Of a stretch of 64,000 nt of DNA, positions 28,592 to 38,814 are shown piece by piece. A program made the translations under genes and the position numbers. Every line of letters begins with the position of its first letter. The stretch's first letter is position 1. This DNA is from a virus, in IMG/VR virus record IMGVR_UViG_3300042402_003259, positions 1-64,000 of that record, one strand, 5' to 3'. The notes beneath the pieces were generated by a model. The model was not told the origin of the DNA. It saw only the letters and a list, made by a program, of their open reading frames with translations, and ran no database searches.

Positions 28592-29008
28592 TTACTTGTC
28601 GTAGTCTATTTTTCCAATGACATTTATGCGAAAAGTATTAGTTACTTTTCCATCATTTGAGCTAGTGACAATGTAGCTTTCTTCTATCGTGCCGTCAAGA
28701 AAAAAAACGATTTTTGTTGCAGATGTTTCTATTATTTTTAAATCGTTAGTTATTGCGGCGAGTTCATCTGGATTTTCTATAGAGTTTATAGTATAATCTT
28801 CAGAAAAAGATAGCTCAGATTGTTTTTGATGATATGCTGCTTGATGACGTTTATTTATTAGAAAGGTTTTTAAATTCTCTCTAGCTTCCTGATATCTATT
28901 AGCGTTAAAAGAATCAAAGTTAATAACAAGAGCGGCGATCAATGATAATAATATCACTGTCGCCAATACTATCTCTATAAGAGTAAATCCTTTAGATTTA
29001 CCAGTCAT
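28592..29008 (-). CDS. prepilin/pseudopilin (type IV pilin N-terminal methylation motif)
   Basis: KG|FTLIEIVLATVILLSLIAALV. Confidence 0.88.
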   Translation of the reverse strand: MTGKSKGFTLIEIVLATVILLSLIAALVINFDSFNANRYQEARENLKTFLINKRHQAAYHQKQSELSFSEDYTINSIENPDELAAITNDLKIIETSATKIVFFLDGTIEESYIVTSSNDGKVTNTFRINVIGKIDYDK

Positions 29009-29499
29009 TGGAATTTGGTAATTGCTCTAATTCTTTTTCTCTTTCGATTGCTCGTTTAATTATCTTCTTTAAAGTGTGCAATGCTTCTTCATAAGTATCG
29101 CACTTTGCTTCAATATCATCAGTTATGTTTCCATAGTGTCGAACAAAGTATTTTGGCGATAAGCCATAAGACCAAACTGATTCTATATACCAGTGACAGT
29201 CACGATCTTTATGAATTCCCTCGCAGACAAGTTCGTTCCATTCTTCAGTTAATTTAAGTATATCTTTTTGTATGTCGTCAGTCATGGATGTTTATGCGTC
29301 GAATGTTAATTTCTTCATATAAAAGAGTGCGAATAGCTTCGATAGCTTCATCTGCTGTTTTAAAATCGTGTCCAAATTTATGATAGCTTCGTAGTCTATC
29401 TTCAAAATGACAAATAGCAGAAAACATATCAATAGCTTGATTAGCTATTTCAAATCGTTTTTGATCTTCGGGCAAATTAAATTCTAATATAGCTTTCAT
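28998..29499 (-). other. hypothetical CDSs 28998-29285 and 29278-29499
   Basis: Coupled ORFs; MKAILEFNLPED is a common phage N-terminus. Confidence 0.7.
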
Positions 29500-30035
29500 A
29501 TTCTTGAAAAGTTTTCGCTTAAACTTTTTCCTTTTAGATCTCTTTGTTTCACAGCTTCTTCTACAGAATCAAATGTTCCTAAATAATATCTTTTATTATT
29601 TATTTTAAACATACAATAAAACTTGTTATTTTTCTTATAAATATTTGAAAAACCACTTTTGTTTTGTCTTTTATTTTTTCGATTCTGTAGATTTTCTGAA
29701 AAAGTTACAAGCCTTAAATTATCAGGATTATTATTATATTTATTTCCATCTATATGGTCAATAATCTTGTCGTCAAACTGTGTTGTATTATTATGTATTG
29801 CAAATATTATGTTGTGAACCCTAAATTTTTGATTATTGATTTCTACTTTATAATATTTATCTTTATTTCCAGCAACTTTGCCAGCAAATTGTGGATTCCA
29901 AGTTTTATAAATATTTTCAGATTTAAAATGTGATCTAGGTCTTTCTTTTTTCCATCTCAAATAAGAAGGGCTTGAAGGATCTATGATAAAACATTCATTC
30001 AAATACTCTATCGATGGTAATTCATTTATTTTCAT
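29496..30035 (-). CDS. HNH-AP2 homing endonuclease
   Basis: IDHIDGNKYNN..DNLRL..SEN..N plus YLGTFDSVEEA. Confidence 0.92.
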   Translation of the reverse strand: MKINELPSIEYLNECFIIDPSSPSYLRWKKERPRSHFKSENIYKTWNPQFAGKVAGNKDKYYKVEINNQKFRVHNIIFAIHNNTTQFDDKIIDHIDGNKYNNNPDNLRLVTFSENLQNRKNKRQNKSGFSNIYKKNNKFYCMFKINNKRYYLGTFDSVEEAVKQRDLKGKSLSENFSRI

Positions 30036-30693
30036 ACTTTAAAAGCTGTTCACCAATATATTTAGTATAAGCAGGCGGAATAGCTTCTGTCAATTCCCAT
30101 CCTCGCTTAGGCCAATGCATATCCATAACCTTGCGCCAAACGTCGATTGAACCTTTGCGGCGACTCTTGCCGGTAACACTCATGTCGCGATAATCAATAC
30201 CATTCTCTTCGGCATATTTTTTAGAATATCCACGTTTAGTGATATTTTTTAATGGCGCAACTGGAAAGTTGCATTCAAAATATCTTGCTCGTTCAATTGG
30301 CATACCAAACATATAACCAGTTAATCTAAACGGTTCTATGAGATATTCTTTTGCACCGGCAACATTTTCAATAATATAATACTTTTTAGTCTCAATAAGT
30401 GCTTGGCGAACTGGCTCAATTAGTTTTGGCGTGTCTTTGCCTTGAGAATAATGAACATAAATTGAATCAGGCTTGGTAGCTTTGCTGTATCCCTGACAAG
30501 GAGGTGATGCATGAATAACGTCAAATGAATTAAGAAAATCTTTATCTTTCAAGATTTCAATGACATCACCCTTAATAAATTTAAAAGGATAACTAGGCTG
30601 ATCTTTAATATCAACTCCAGTTACTTCAAATCCCGCACGATGATAGCCCATGCTTGCACCGCCAGCGCAACAAAATAAATCAAGTAATTTCAT
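30022..30693 (-). CDS. DNA cytosine-C5 methyltransferase
   Basis: LDLFCCAGG, HASPPCQ, IENV, EAIPPAYT. Confidence 0.92.
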   Translation of the reverse strand: MKLLDLFCCAGGASMGYHRAGFEVTGVDIKDQPSYPFKFIKGDVIEILKDKDFLNSFDVIHASPPCQGYSKATKPDSIYVHYSQGKDTPKLIEPVRQALIETKKYYIIENVAGAKEYLIEPFRLTGYMFGMPIERARYFECNFPVAPLKNITKRGYSKKYAEENGIDYRDMSVTGKSRRKGSIDVWRKVMDMHWPKRGWELTEAIPPAYTKYIGEQLLKYENK

Positions 30694-30739
30694 ATCGTTT
30701 CAAAACCAACTTATCGCATAGAAGGCATCAGGTCAAGAA

Positions 30740-30763
30740 AAACCCTCCAATTACGGAGGGTTT
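30740..30763 (-). terminator. intrinsic terminator
   Basis: ACCCTCC-GTAATT-GGAGGGT followed by T-tract. Confidence 0.7.
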
Positions 30764-30768
30764 ATTTT

Positions 30769-31140
30769 TTATTTAAATTTTTTAAATCCAAGAAGAATCG
30801 CAGATTGAGTAGACAGCGTTTTATACCATCCATTCTTTTCGTATGTAGAACCTTTTCCGCCAGTGACTTCGCAAGTCTGAGAAGAAAGTTTTGAATACTT
30901 TTCAATCATAGCGTGGGTAACTTCATTTCCGCCACTTGAATAAAAACGAAGTCCTGCAAACTTTTCTTTAACTTGAAGTGCGACAACTTGTTCACAACCA
31001 GAATTATTAATTTCATGTTGTACGTCTTTGCAAAGATTAAAGATGATATCAAACCATCCATCGTCACATTCAAAATAAAAATCCTCTTTAAAAATAGAGG
31101 GAAATCTATTAACGAGTTTTTCAGTATTTTTATCAGTCAT
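30769..31140 (-). CDS. conserved phage hypothetical protein
   Basis: ECDDGW...QVKEKFAGLRFY...CEVTG motif. Confidence 0.8.
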   Translation of the reverse strand: MTDKNTEKLVNRFPSIFKEDFYFECDDGWFDIIFNLCKDVQHEINNSGCEQVVALQVKEKFAGLRFYSSGGNEVTHAMIEKYSKLSSQTCEVTGGKGSTYEKNGWYKTLSTQSAILLGFKKFK

Positions 31141-31982
31141 GATTTCTATCGTTTTGGTTTAAATCGAAAGGGCTATCGTCTTGTTCTTCAATTTCTCCGA
31201 GGCAATCTACACAAACAGAACAATAATTAAGATCTTCTAAGAAAGCGGTTTTTTTGCCGCAGTAATCGCAGTTCATTGATTTGCTAATTTAAAAATATCA
31301 TCAAGAGTTTCTTTAACTCTAATACCATTATTATTCCAACGAGTAATAATTATACTATGCTTTTTACTCGGACTCGGCTCAATACTTACTACAGTATCAA
31401 GATTAAAAAGAATAGGAGTATAAGTCATGCTGTTGTCGTGATGCAAATCTAGTTGATTCAATTTTACAAAGTGTGCCATATAAATAAAAGCGGTTTTAAG
31501 GGTTACCGCAAACCTTTTGTCCTACTTAGTATCGACGGTTCTCAGGAGCGCGAAATACTTCTTGCTCTTTACTTGAATCACCTTCGACATAGTAAATTAC
31601 GCCATTTACAGACTTAGCGCACTGCATAGCCCAATCATACGCTTGCTTCTTTCCTAGCGCAAGATTATAAGCTGACTGATACGCACCGTCCTTATCTCTA
31701 ACGATATATCGTTTGTTCATTTTAGGAATTCTTGATTAGAATGTCGTGAATCAAATGACGAGTCTTATGGTCGAGGATTCGACCTGTCTCATCCTTCGGA
31801 AGATCAGTGACAACCTTATCAAAATTAAGCCCAAGAACGGAACTCATGCACTTAATCTTTCGGTAAATACCAATCTCCTTATACTTTAGAATTGACCACA
31901 ATGTGTCAACTTGTTCTGGAGTTGCCTTAGTGATGGCATTCAACAAGACAACTGGCTCTGTAACTGTAGCTGTTTCACTCAT
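31133..31982 (-). other. small CDSs 31133-31276 (47-aa Zn-finger, hand-called), 31273-31479 (FlbD-like), 31526-31720, 31722-31982
   Basis: CDYC/CVDC motifs; N.DTVVSIEP...VKETLDDI. Confidence 0.6.
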
Positions 31983-31991
31983 GTTATAATA

Positions 31992-33101
31992 TTACTGATC
32001 GTCAGACTTTTCACTGATTGTCACAATAGTTACAAGACTATTAGACAAAGCAATGTTGTCATCTTCATGAACGGTAAATCCTAGATCCAAACAAATATCC
32101 TTGATTTCTTGACAAGTGATATGCGTTCCCTTTAGGCGGGACTGAATGGACTTGAGGGTAGCAGGTGTTCCACCTTCAACGCGACCCTCAACGTAATTCT
32201 TAATGGCAAGAATAGTAGCATCACTATATTCATAGCCTTCGTTGATATTGCAACCACAACCGTCGAAACAATCATCACTGTCATCATCAACGCTGATTTC
32301 TTTATCAGTATTGTAATATGGCTCATTAAGCGGAGCTTCAGTTTCCTTAACACGCTCGAAAGGAACTTCGCCAATGACCTTATACTTAGAAACGCGAAGT
32401 TTCTGGAAGTTGCAATCAGTAGGTACGCTAACTGCATTGGAAGGATCAAACTCAACCATCATAAGATGACCGTCATTTGCAGCCCAATCCTTTGCATAAT
32501 CATAGCTGCCGATATGCAAACCATGAGAACAATGATTATCCTTGTTATCATCAACACTATTGCGAGCCACTTCAACAGTCTCGCCAATCTTGTTCAAGAT
32601 GCAGCCGTTTTCATTTACAGTGCCAGTAATAACAATTGTATCCTTATTACCACGCTTTGAATAATAATTAGCATCAACACCCTTATATCCAATAACATTG
32701 CCAGTTTCAGTCAATGGCAGAGTCTTGTAAGAAAGAAAAGTGTATAGTTGATCGACACTATTCTTGCTAGGATTGAACATAAGCTTCTCAATAAAATTGA
32801 GAATAGGTTGAGCGTCCTTAGCTCCTGAGCGCAAAAACTCAAGCAGCTTATCAATTACGAAACCCTTCAACTCATGGTTGCCATAATAAACCTTCTCGGA
32901 AACAACTTTAATGCTGCCATGAGAGAAGTTTTCGATCTGCTTCTTAATATCCAGAAAACGAGGAATAGTATCGTATTCTGCATTGATTAGTGCATTTTTC
33001 AGTCCAGTATAATTGGGATTGTCGGTATTAAGCGTGTATGGCTTACCTTCCCAAATAACCGTGATTGCATTGCTAGTGACAATATATGCTGGCTTGTTCA
33101 T
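31992..33101 (-). CDS. rIIB: rIIB-like protein
   Basis: NPS..SV.QLY.FL, GYKGV, VDD.....CS.GLH.G...Y, VSVP.D....KLRV. Confidence 0.92.
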   Translation of the reverse strand: MNKPAYIVTSNAITVIWEGKPYTLNTDNPNYTGLKNALINAEYDTIPRFLDIKKQIENFSHGSIKVVSEKVYYGNHELKGFVIDKLLEFLRSGAKDAQPILNFIEKLMFNPSKNSVDQLYTFLSYKTLPLTETGNVIGYKGVDANYYSKRGNKDTIVITGTVNENGCILNKIGETVEVARNSVDDNKDNHCSHGLHIGSYDYAKDWAANDGHLMMVEFDPSNAVSVPTDCNFQKLRVSKYKVIGEVPFERVKETEAPLNEPYYNTDKEISVDDDSDDCFDGCGCNINEGYEYSDATILAIKNYVEGRVEGGTPATLKSIQSRLKGTHITCQEIKDICLDLGFTVHEDDNIALSNSLVTIVTISEKSDDQ

Positions 33102-33138
33102 AATATTTTTTACACCTTTATTCTTCGACTATGCTAAC

Positions 33139-35337
33139 TCAAATTTCTGAAAAGTCAACAGAATTCTGTTGATTCATGAAGGAAATATATTCCTTAAATT
33201 TTACTTCATTTTTGATGCGATCACTATTGTACATGTCGGCATGAATTTCAAGCATTGGATAATTTTTATAAATTTCTTCGGTTGCTTGTTTTAGATATTT
33301 TCCGCAGATAGAAACTGGAGTTTCATTGTCGTGAGACATGTTAATTTTAAGAATTTCTAACGCATTCCGCCATTTTTTAATAAAATCTGCAAATTCAAGC
33401 GCACCTGCTTTCTTAAGATTTTCTGAACAAAATTTCAGCTTGTAATCGTATTGCTGATAAGTGATAATGTCTCCAATCATAGAAACGAAATCCATAATAT
33501 TATACCCACCATCAGTCTTGCAAGAAATATATTCAAGAATCAACGACTTAACTTCATCAGAACAAGCATTCCATTTATCTTGGATATACTTAATAATATC
33601 AACGAAATCAGCGCGATTTTTAAATTTAACAGTTGCGGCTACATTATTTGATACTGCATAAATACCAACATTAAATAGCTTACCTACTTCACTAAAAAAG
33701 TAGCTATTAAGTTTATTCTTTTCCTGATGAAAATGTAAATAGTTATTAACTGGTTTGCCATTAGAAACAGGAAAATAAAGCTTAGTAATAGAACTATCAT
33801 TAATTTCTTTAGCAAAAACACTTGAACACCGAAAATAACAACTCTCAACCTTATAAAAATAATTAGCAGTATATGAACTAGTAGAACCTTTTTTAGTAGA
33901 AGGAAGCTTTACTGGAGTCAATTCACTAAGATTACAGTAACCAGACTTGACAAGATCAAATCGATTAACCTCTTTAAACTTGTCAACACCATTAAGAGTA
34001 GCGGAACTAATGATTGATTGATCGTGAGCAACAACGACTACGTTTTTATATTTTTTAACTAATTCGTAAACGCGAGGAACGACCTTCGTATTGTCTGGCA
34101 AATCATGAAATACAATATAAGTATCTTTATCATTGCCAACAGTATAACATTTAGCAACAGCTACACGATCACCAGATACGCAATAATTCTTAGCATAAAC
34201 AGGAATCCTGATCATTTCATCATTCTCTTCGTAACTAGAACGATTGAAATTCCAAGTAATAATTTTATAGCCCTTGAAAACAAATTGATTTTGAAGTTGA
34301 TCAAAAACGTTACGGGGAAACGTCTGGCTAATGTCTTTATAGTAAGACATAGCATCACGCAAACAATCAAATTGCGCGATCTTATTCTTAATTGAATCCG
34401 TAAACTCTTTACAGAAAGCTTGATAACGAGACTTCAAATAAGTCTTAGTAGTCTTGTTATACTCAAGCGTTTCGCGTGAGTGATGCAGCGAAACAGATCC
34501 AATATCAGCAATAAAAACAAGCTTATTAAGAAACTTAGTCCATGAAATTAGTCCAGCGTAATCATCGTCACTCTTGAAATCAACAAGTTCAGGATTGATA
34601 GGATAATAAATGCCGCCCATTACAATACCCTGCTCACCAACTGAATAATGATTATAACCATTAAAAGATTTGCGAATTTGCCAATTAGTACCAGAAGCGA
34701 CAATCTCAGGCTTTGCAATTTCAACTTGCAAATTCAAGAAGTGAGGCTGAACTTCAAAATTACTAAAGAATGAAGAAATTTCCTGATTGAACTTGTTGAT
34801 ATCGCCGCTCGAAACACCTACAGAAATACAAATACCATTTGCTTCCAAGGTAGGCTCACAAAATATCTCGTCAATCTTAGTGTCATTCTCTTCTGAGATA
34901 TAAAGACTATAAATAGACTTGATACCTTCGTGATAAGAAGTAACAGTGAAACTGTCTTTGTAAGAAAGAGGAGCGAAGCGTCCAATCCCATATCCGCCGA
35001 TCAGAGAATTTGAATTTCGTTTTGTAGACTTACCAAATTTGCTATATAGATTAAAAATCTGATCGCGACTCAAACCAGCACCAAAATCACGAACAAAGAA
35101 AGTTTGGTCAAGAAAAGTTGGTGATTTAATTTGGATGGATTCAGTAGACAATCCAGATTCTTTATTAGCGTCAGCAGCGTTTGCGTAAACCTCGCGAATA
35201 GTAGCGAGTATAGTATTCGAATAATTATTCCGAAGAAGCGAGGAAATGTACCTCATATCTTCGGGATCAATCGAACAATTTACGGTGGGAAAATCGTGCG
35301 AGGTAGCAACGATTCGATCAGCAACAAGGATTTCCAT
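33139..35337 (-). CDS. rIIA: rIIA-like protein (GHKL ATPase N-terminus)
   Basis: YSN...A.IRE..ANA.DA, VRDFGAGLS, STKR.SN..IGGYGIG; directly upstream of rIIB. Confidence 0.92.
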   Translation of the reverse strand: MEILVADRIVATSHDFPTVNCSIDPEDMRYISSLLRNNYSNTILATIREVYANAADANKESGLSTESIQIKSPTFLDQTFFVRDFGAGLSRDQIFNLYSKFGKSTKRNSNSLIGGYGIGRFAPLSYKDSFTVTSYHEGIKSIYSLYISEENDTKIDEIFCEPTLEANGICISVGVSSGDINKFNQEISSFFSNFEVQPHFLNLQVEIAKPEIVASGTNWQIRKSFNGYNHYSVGEQGIVMGGIYYPINPELVDFKSDDDYAGLISWTKFLNKLVFIADIGSVSLHHSRETLEYNKTTKTYLKSRYQAFCKEFTDSIKNKIAQFDCLRDAMSYYKDISQTFPRNVFDQLQNQFVFKGYKIITWNFNRSSYEENDEMIRIPVYAKNYCVSGDRVAVAKCYTVGNDKDTYIVFHDLPDNTKVVPRVYELVKKYKNVVVVAHDQSIISSATLNGVDKFKEVNRFDLVKSGYCNLSELTPVKLPSTKKGSTSSYTANYFYKVESCYFRCSSVFAKEINDSSITKLYFPVSNGKPVNNYLHFHQEKNKLNSYFFSEVGKLFNVGIYAVSNNVAATVKFKNRADFVDIIKYIQDKWNACSDEVKSLILEYISCKTDGGYNIMDFVSMIGDIITYQQYDYKLKFCSENLKKAGALEFADFIKKWRNALEILKINMSHDNETPVSICGKYLKQATEEIYKNYPMLEIHADMYNSDRIKNEVKFKEYISFMNQQNSVDFSEI

Positions 35338-35348
35338 ACGCGAAGACT

Positions 35349-35987
35349 CTAGGCGATTTCGTGCATACTGTCAAGGGGTATTTTGTCGGATTTTGAAAGA
35401 TTTTCGTGCGCCCAAAGCGGTTGCAAATTTTTATAATTAAAACATTTTAAACAGTCTTCTTTTTTTGATAGGTCGAAAGCCGCGCATGGAATTATATGGT
35501 CGATATGCCATTCGCCATGATTTTGCCAAGTCATACCTTCTTTGAATTGATTTTGTAAATGAGTTTTTAACTCTTCAATATTACATCCAAGGAATTCTAT
35601 TGTCTTCTTTTTATTTTTATATTTATTTATTAAATGATTTTTTAAAGCTTGTCTTATTCTTCCACTAATAGTTATTCTCAATTTAAAATGAGCGTCAACT
35701 TTTTTTCTATTATTTTTATTTATATTACGTTTGTCTCTATTATTTTTTGCATATTCTGCATTTTGTTTTCTTATTCTTTCTGAATTTAATTTATAATGCT
35801 CTCTTTTTTGAGCGTTTATTTTATATCTATTTAATTCCCTATATTTATTTTGATGTTCTCTGGTTTCTTTATGGTTAGAAAGATAATATTCTTGTTTATT
35901 TTTCTTTAAGCAATTGTTGCAAATTCTTCTATCTTTTCTAAATCCTATTAAATCTTCTGTAGCGTTACATGTTTTACATATTTTCAT
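35349..35987 (-). CDS. HNH endonuclease (basic repeat N-terminus)
   Basis: LGC....LK.HL..QF..GMTW.NHGEWHIDHIIPC..FD...CFNY.NLQPLWA.ENLSK. Confidence 0.9.
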   Translation of the reverse strand: MKICKTCNATEDLIGFRKDRRICNNCLKKNKQEYYLSNHKETREHQNKYRELNRYKINAQKREHYKLNSERIRKQNAEYAKNNRDKRNINKNNRKKVDAHFKLRITISGRIRQALKNHLINKYKNKKKTIEFLGCNIEELKTHLQNQFKEGMTWQNHGEWHIDHIIPCAAFDLSKKEDCLKCFNYKNLQPLWAHENLSKSDKIPLDSMHEIA

Positions 35988-36124
35988 AAAAAATCCCCTT
36001 TCCGACACTACTCGAAAAAGGGACGATGCGTAAACGCACCTATTTAGCGATTGCCGCTAAAAATTGATTTTTCATCCTCCGATTTCTCGGGTAGTGTAGG
36101 ATATACTATATAATACACTATTTA
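35988..36124 (-). promoter_or_regulatory. structured 5' leader or small RNA with a terminator-like hairpin abutting the HNH start codon
   Basis: Four hairpins; 5' ACACTAC is complementary to GTAGTGT in the final hairpin loop. Confidence 0.55.
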
Positions 36125-36129
36125 TTGAT

Positions 36130-36414
36130 TTATTCCAAATCGTCAAGGGGTTTTTCAAAAAAATCATCAAGGTATCCACTACTTAATTCAAGGTAAAAAA
36201 TGACGCTGTTCTCGTCTTCAAATACTTTGACTTCACCAGCAATACTTTTAGCACACTTATAAAATATATCACTGCTATATTTATCCACGCTCTCTTCATC
36301 AGGAACTAATGCTCTTACTACGTCTAAAACAAGAACTCTCAAATAAAAATCATTATTATACTGAACTTTATCGTAAAAGTTTCTATCTACAACAATTGCA
36401 AATTTATGAGTCAT
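36130..36414 (-). CDS. hypothetical protein
   Basis: 94-aa ORF. Confidence 0.65.
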   Translation of the reverse strand: MTHKFAIVVDRNFYDKVQYNNDFYLRVLVLDVVRALVPDEESVDKYSSDIFYKCAKSIAGEVKVFEDENSVIFYLELSSGYLDDFFEKPLDDLE

Positions 36415-36419
36415 GAAAG

Positions 36420-36493
36420 TGGAGCGGGTAGCGAGAATTGAACTCGCATTATCACTTTGGAAGAGTGAGACTTTACCATTAAGTTATACCCGC
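36420..36493 (-). tRNA. tRNA-Gly(UCC)
   Basis: GCGGGTA/TACCCGC, loop CTTCCAA, U73, CCA. Confidence 0.95.
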
Positions 36494-36500
36494 TTTTAAA

Positions 36501-36800
36501 TTAAGGATTAACTACCTTCACTAAATTAACTACAGGTTTCAATCGCAATAAAGCTTTGCCACCATGCTTATCATCATGCTGAATAACAAAACATTGAATA
36601 AAAACATTCTCTCCAATAAATCTTACGTCTATTAATTGTATACTATGTTGCTTATTATCTTCTGTCTTTAATGTGGCAAGTGGAGGAGAATTGATATCTA
36701 TATCTTTATACAAAGATTCAATATCTACTGTTTGCCCAATATAGTTTTCCAAGAACTTTCCACCATTATTGGTTCCATCTATATTGAGAATGAATTTCAT
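36501..36800 (-). CDS. hypothetical protein
   Basis: 99-aa ORF. Confidence 0.65.
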   Translation of the reverse strand: MKFILNIDGTNNGGKFLENYIGQTVDIESLYKDIDINSPPLATLKTEDNKQHSIQLIDVRFIGENVFIQCFVIQHDDKHGGKALLRLKPVVNLVKVVNP

Positions 36801-37000
36801 AGATCTACTTCTTCAGTGATATTCATCTTAGGGTTATTTAGAACTTGGCGAAGAATCTCAATAATCAATAGATCTTGCTTTGCTTGAGGCTTAAAGTTAG
36901 CTTCATTCTTAAAAATTTCAGACAAATCTTCAAGATCTTTATCCCCGATTTTAACTGTAACGTGCTTCATGTATTAATAATACAATCAGCCACAAAGTTT

Positions 37001-37945
37001 TCAATTAGGAAAACGCTTAATGAAATGAACAAAAGCTTTATCTTTGCCTTTGACTTCGATCTCCCAAGTAACATCCAATCCCATATCAGGAGGAGGAACA
37101 GTGAGATTCTTGGCGTGATTACGCTTTGTATCTTTCTCTGCTTCAGACCAATGAAAAACAGGGGGAACATCCCAAGTTTGAAAAAACTTCATAAAGTTTT
37201 TCTCGAAAGGAATAATCGTACCATCAGCGATAATACTAGGATTTGCCGTATCGTGCAAGTTATCATAAGTCAAAGGAAAATGGAAACTATAAACCTGCCT
37301 CATGTAATTATGAAAATAATCATGAAGATTAAGACAGTTCCAAAATCCTTTGTCTTCGTTTTCGACGACTAGGCGATTGCGAACACCAATATCACACCGA
37401 AAGAAATTACGCACAAACTTGTCTACGAATTTCTGGGCAGATTCAAAGTTAGACAAACTAGGATGAATATTGATCGGGCATAGATGCGATTGCGGCATCT
37501 TCATTTGATCAAGCACCCAAGCATGAAAATTAAGTTCAGCAATAGATTTGTTGCAAATGTCATCTGAATCAGACCCGAGAACTACAAACTGATCAGGATG
37601 AATTGACATAGAAATATTAAGTTCGCGAGCAACGCGACCAATTTCCATCAACTTTTGTTCCAAAATATTCCAATACGGAAGCAAGTCTACTTGGATTTTT
37701 AGAGTAGGATCAGTAACAAGCGGAAACAGCTTGCATGACAAACGGTAATGCTTGATGCCAACCTCTTTGCAGTGTTTAAGTGTTTCAATGGTTACGGTCA
37801 AGTTATGGGAAATGCGTCGAGACAATTCTTGAATTGATTCATCGCGACTTTTCTTCAAGAACTGAGTCCGAGTCATGGTCTTGAAGGCCAGATCAGGATT
37901 TTTATCGCGCAAAAGTTCTGAAATACAAACGAGTCCTAATTTCAT
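37001..37945 (-). CDS. uvsE: UV-damage endonuclease UvsE/UVDE
   Basis: LGLVCIS, YRLS..LFP, HPDQFVVL.S, RLVVENED, FHWSE, EIEVKGKD. Confidence 0.92.
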   Translation of the reverse strand: MKLGLVCISELLRDKNPDLAFKTMTRTQFLKKSRDESIQELSRRISHNLTVTIETLKHCKEVGIKHYRLSCKLFPLVTDPTLKIQVDLLPYWNILEQKLMEIGRVARELNISMSIHPDQFVVLGSDSDDICNKSIAELNFHAWVLDQMKMPQSHLCPINIHPSLSNFESAQKFVDKFVRNFFRCDIGVRNRLVVENEDKGFWNCLNLHDYFHNYMRQVYSFHFPLTYDNLHDTANPSIIADGTIIPFEKNFMKFFQTWDVPPVFHWSEAEKDTKRNHAKNLTVPPPDMGLDVTWEIEVKGKDKAFVHFIKRFPN

Positions 37946-38454
37946 ACGCCGTGATTCTCGCAGGTTCCTTGGTTGTTGTCAAGGGGTTGTTTAGAAATTT
38001 CGCAAGAGTATTGCTTGCAAATATATAGTGGATTATTTATTTCTTTCAAAGAAAAATTTAATTTTAATTTTTGCGCCGTTTTGTTTGCAGCGTTTAAAGC
38101 TTCAAAATTTGTTTTGAATATGTTTGTTTCCAGTTTTTCGGCCTTATCTTTTATTTGCAAATAAAATTGTTCTCTGAAATATCTGCCGTGTCTTCTATTT
38201 TTATTTTTTGGAGATATATAATAGAAATGAAATCTTAAAGTTTTATTTATTATAGAATAAAGTATATATCCAATTATTTCTGAATCGTTGTATAATAACT
38301 TTATTGTTTTATTATATATGCAAGGTTGCGTATATTTAGTATAAAACTCTTCAGTGTCAGGGTAGTTTTTCTTTAATGCGTATAAAGATTCTCTATAGAT
38401 TTTTTCGAAATCTAAAGAGTTTATAAAAAGTTTGTAATCTTCGATGCGTGGCAT
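37942..38454 (-). CDS. GNAT-like acetyltransferase
   Basis: EIIGYILY, YISPKNKNRRHG, TN..A. Confidence 0.55.
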   Translation of the reverse strand: MPRIEDYKLFINSLDFEKIYRESLYALKKNYPDTEEFYTKYTQPCIYNKTIKLLYNDSEIIGYILYSIINKTLRFHFYYISPKNKNRRHGRYFREQFYLQIKDKAEKLETNIFKTNFEALNAANKTAQKLKLNFSLKEINNPLYICKQYSCEISKQPLDNNQGTCENHGV

Positions 38455-38459
38455 AAAAT

Positions 38460-38479
38460 AGCCCCCATTTCTGGGGGCT
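38460..38479 (-). terminator. intrinsic terminator
   Basis: AGCCCCCA-GAAA-TGGGGGCT-ATTTT. Confidence 0.7.
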
Positions 38480-38487
38480 TTGCTTAC

Positions 38488-38814
38488 TTACATCGGAATT
38501 CCATCGTCATCGGAATCAACGCTTGCTGGTTGAGGCGTTCGCTTTGGAGGGGCAGAAGCCTTAGCCTTCGGTGCAGGAGCGGCATCAACATTATCTTGTT
38601 CATTCGAAAGATAAATAATAAAGTCTGGAGACTTCTCATTATTCTTTGTCTTGTTAGAGAACATGATTACACGTTGCTTCACCTTATTTCCAATCTCGTC
38701 GGAAACAATGTATCCAGTACAATATGAACTCTTGCCATTGGCAGCAGCCTTCTTCCAAAGTGCGCCAACTTCACGATTCTTCCATTCTGATTGCTTATCT
38801 GTAGTATTACTCAT
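38488..38814 (-). CDS. DUF736-like putative ssDNA-binding protein
   Basis: VGALWK...G..Y.TG...N..K..EKSPDF; acidic tail DDDGIPM. Confidence 0.7.
   Translation of the reverse strand: MSNTTDKQSEWKNREVGALWKKAAANGKSSYCTGYIVSDEIGNKVKQRVIMFSNKTKNNEKSPDFIIYLSNEQDNVDAAPAPKAKASAPPKRTPQPASVDSDDDGIPM

Noticed and set aside
36010-36100. Pistol or hammerhead ribozyme
   Set aside because: TAAATAG is present, but the P1-loop pseudoknot partner and the CUGAUGA/GAAA core are missing
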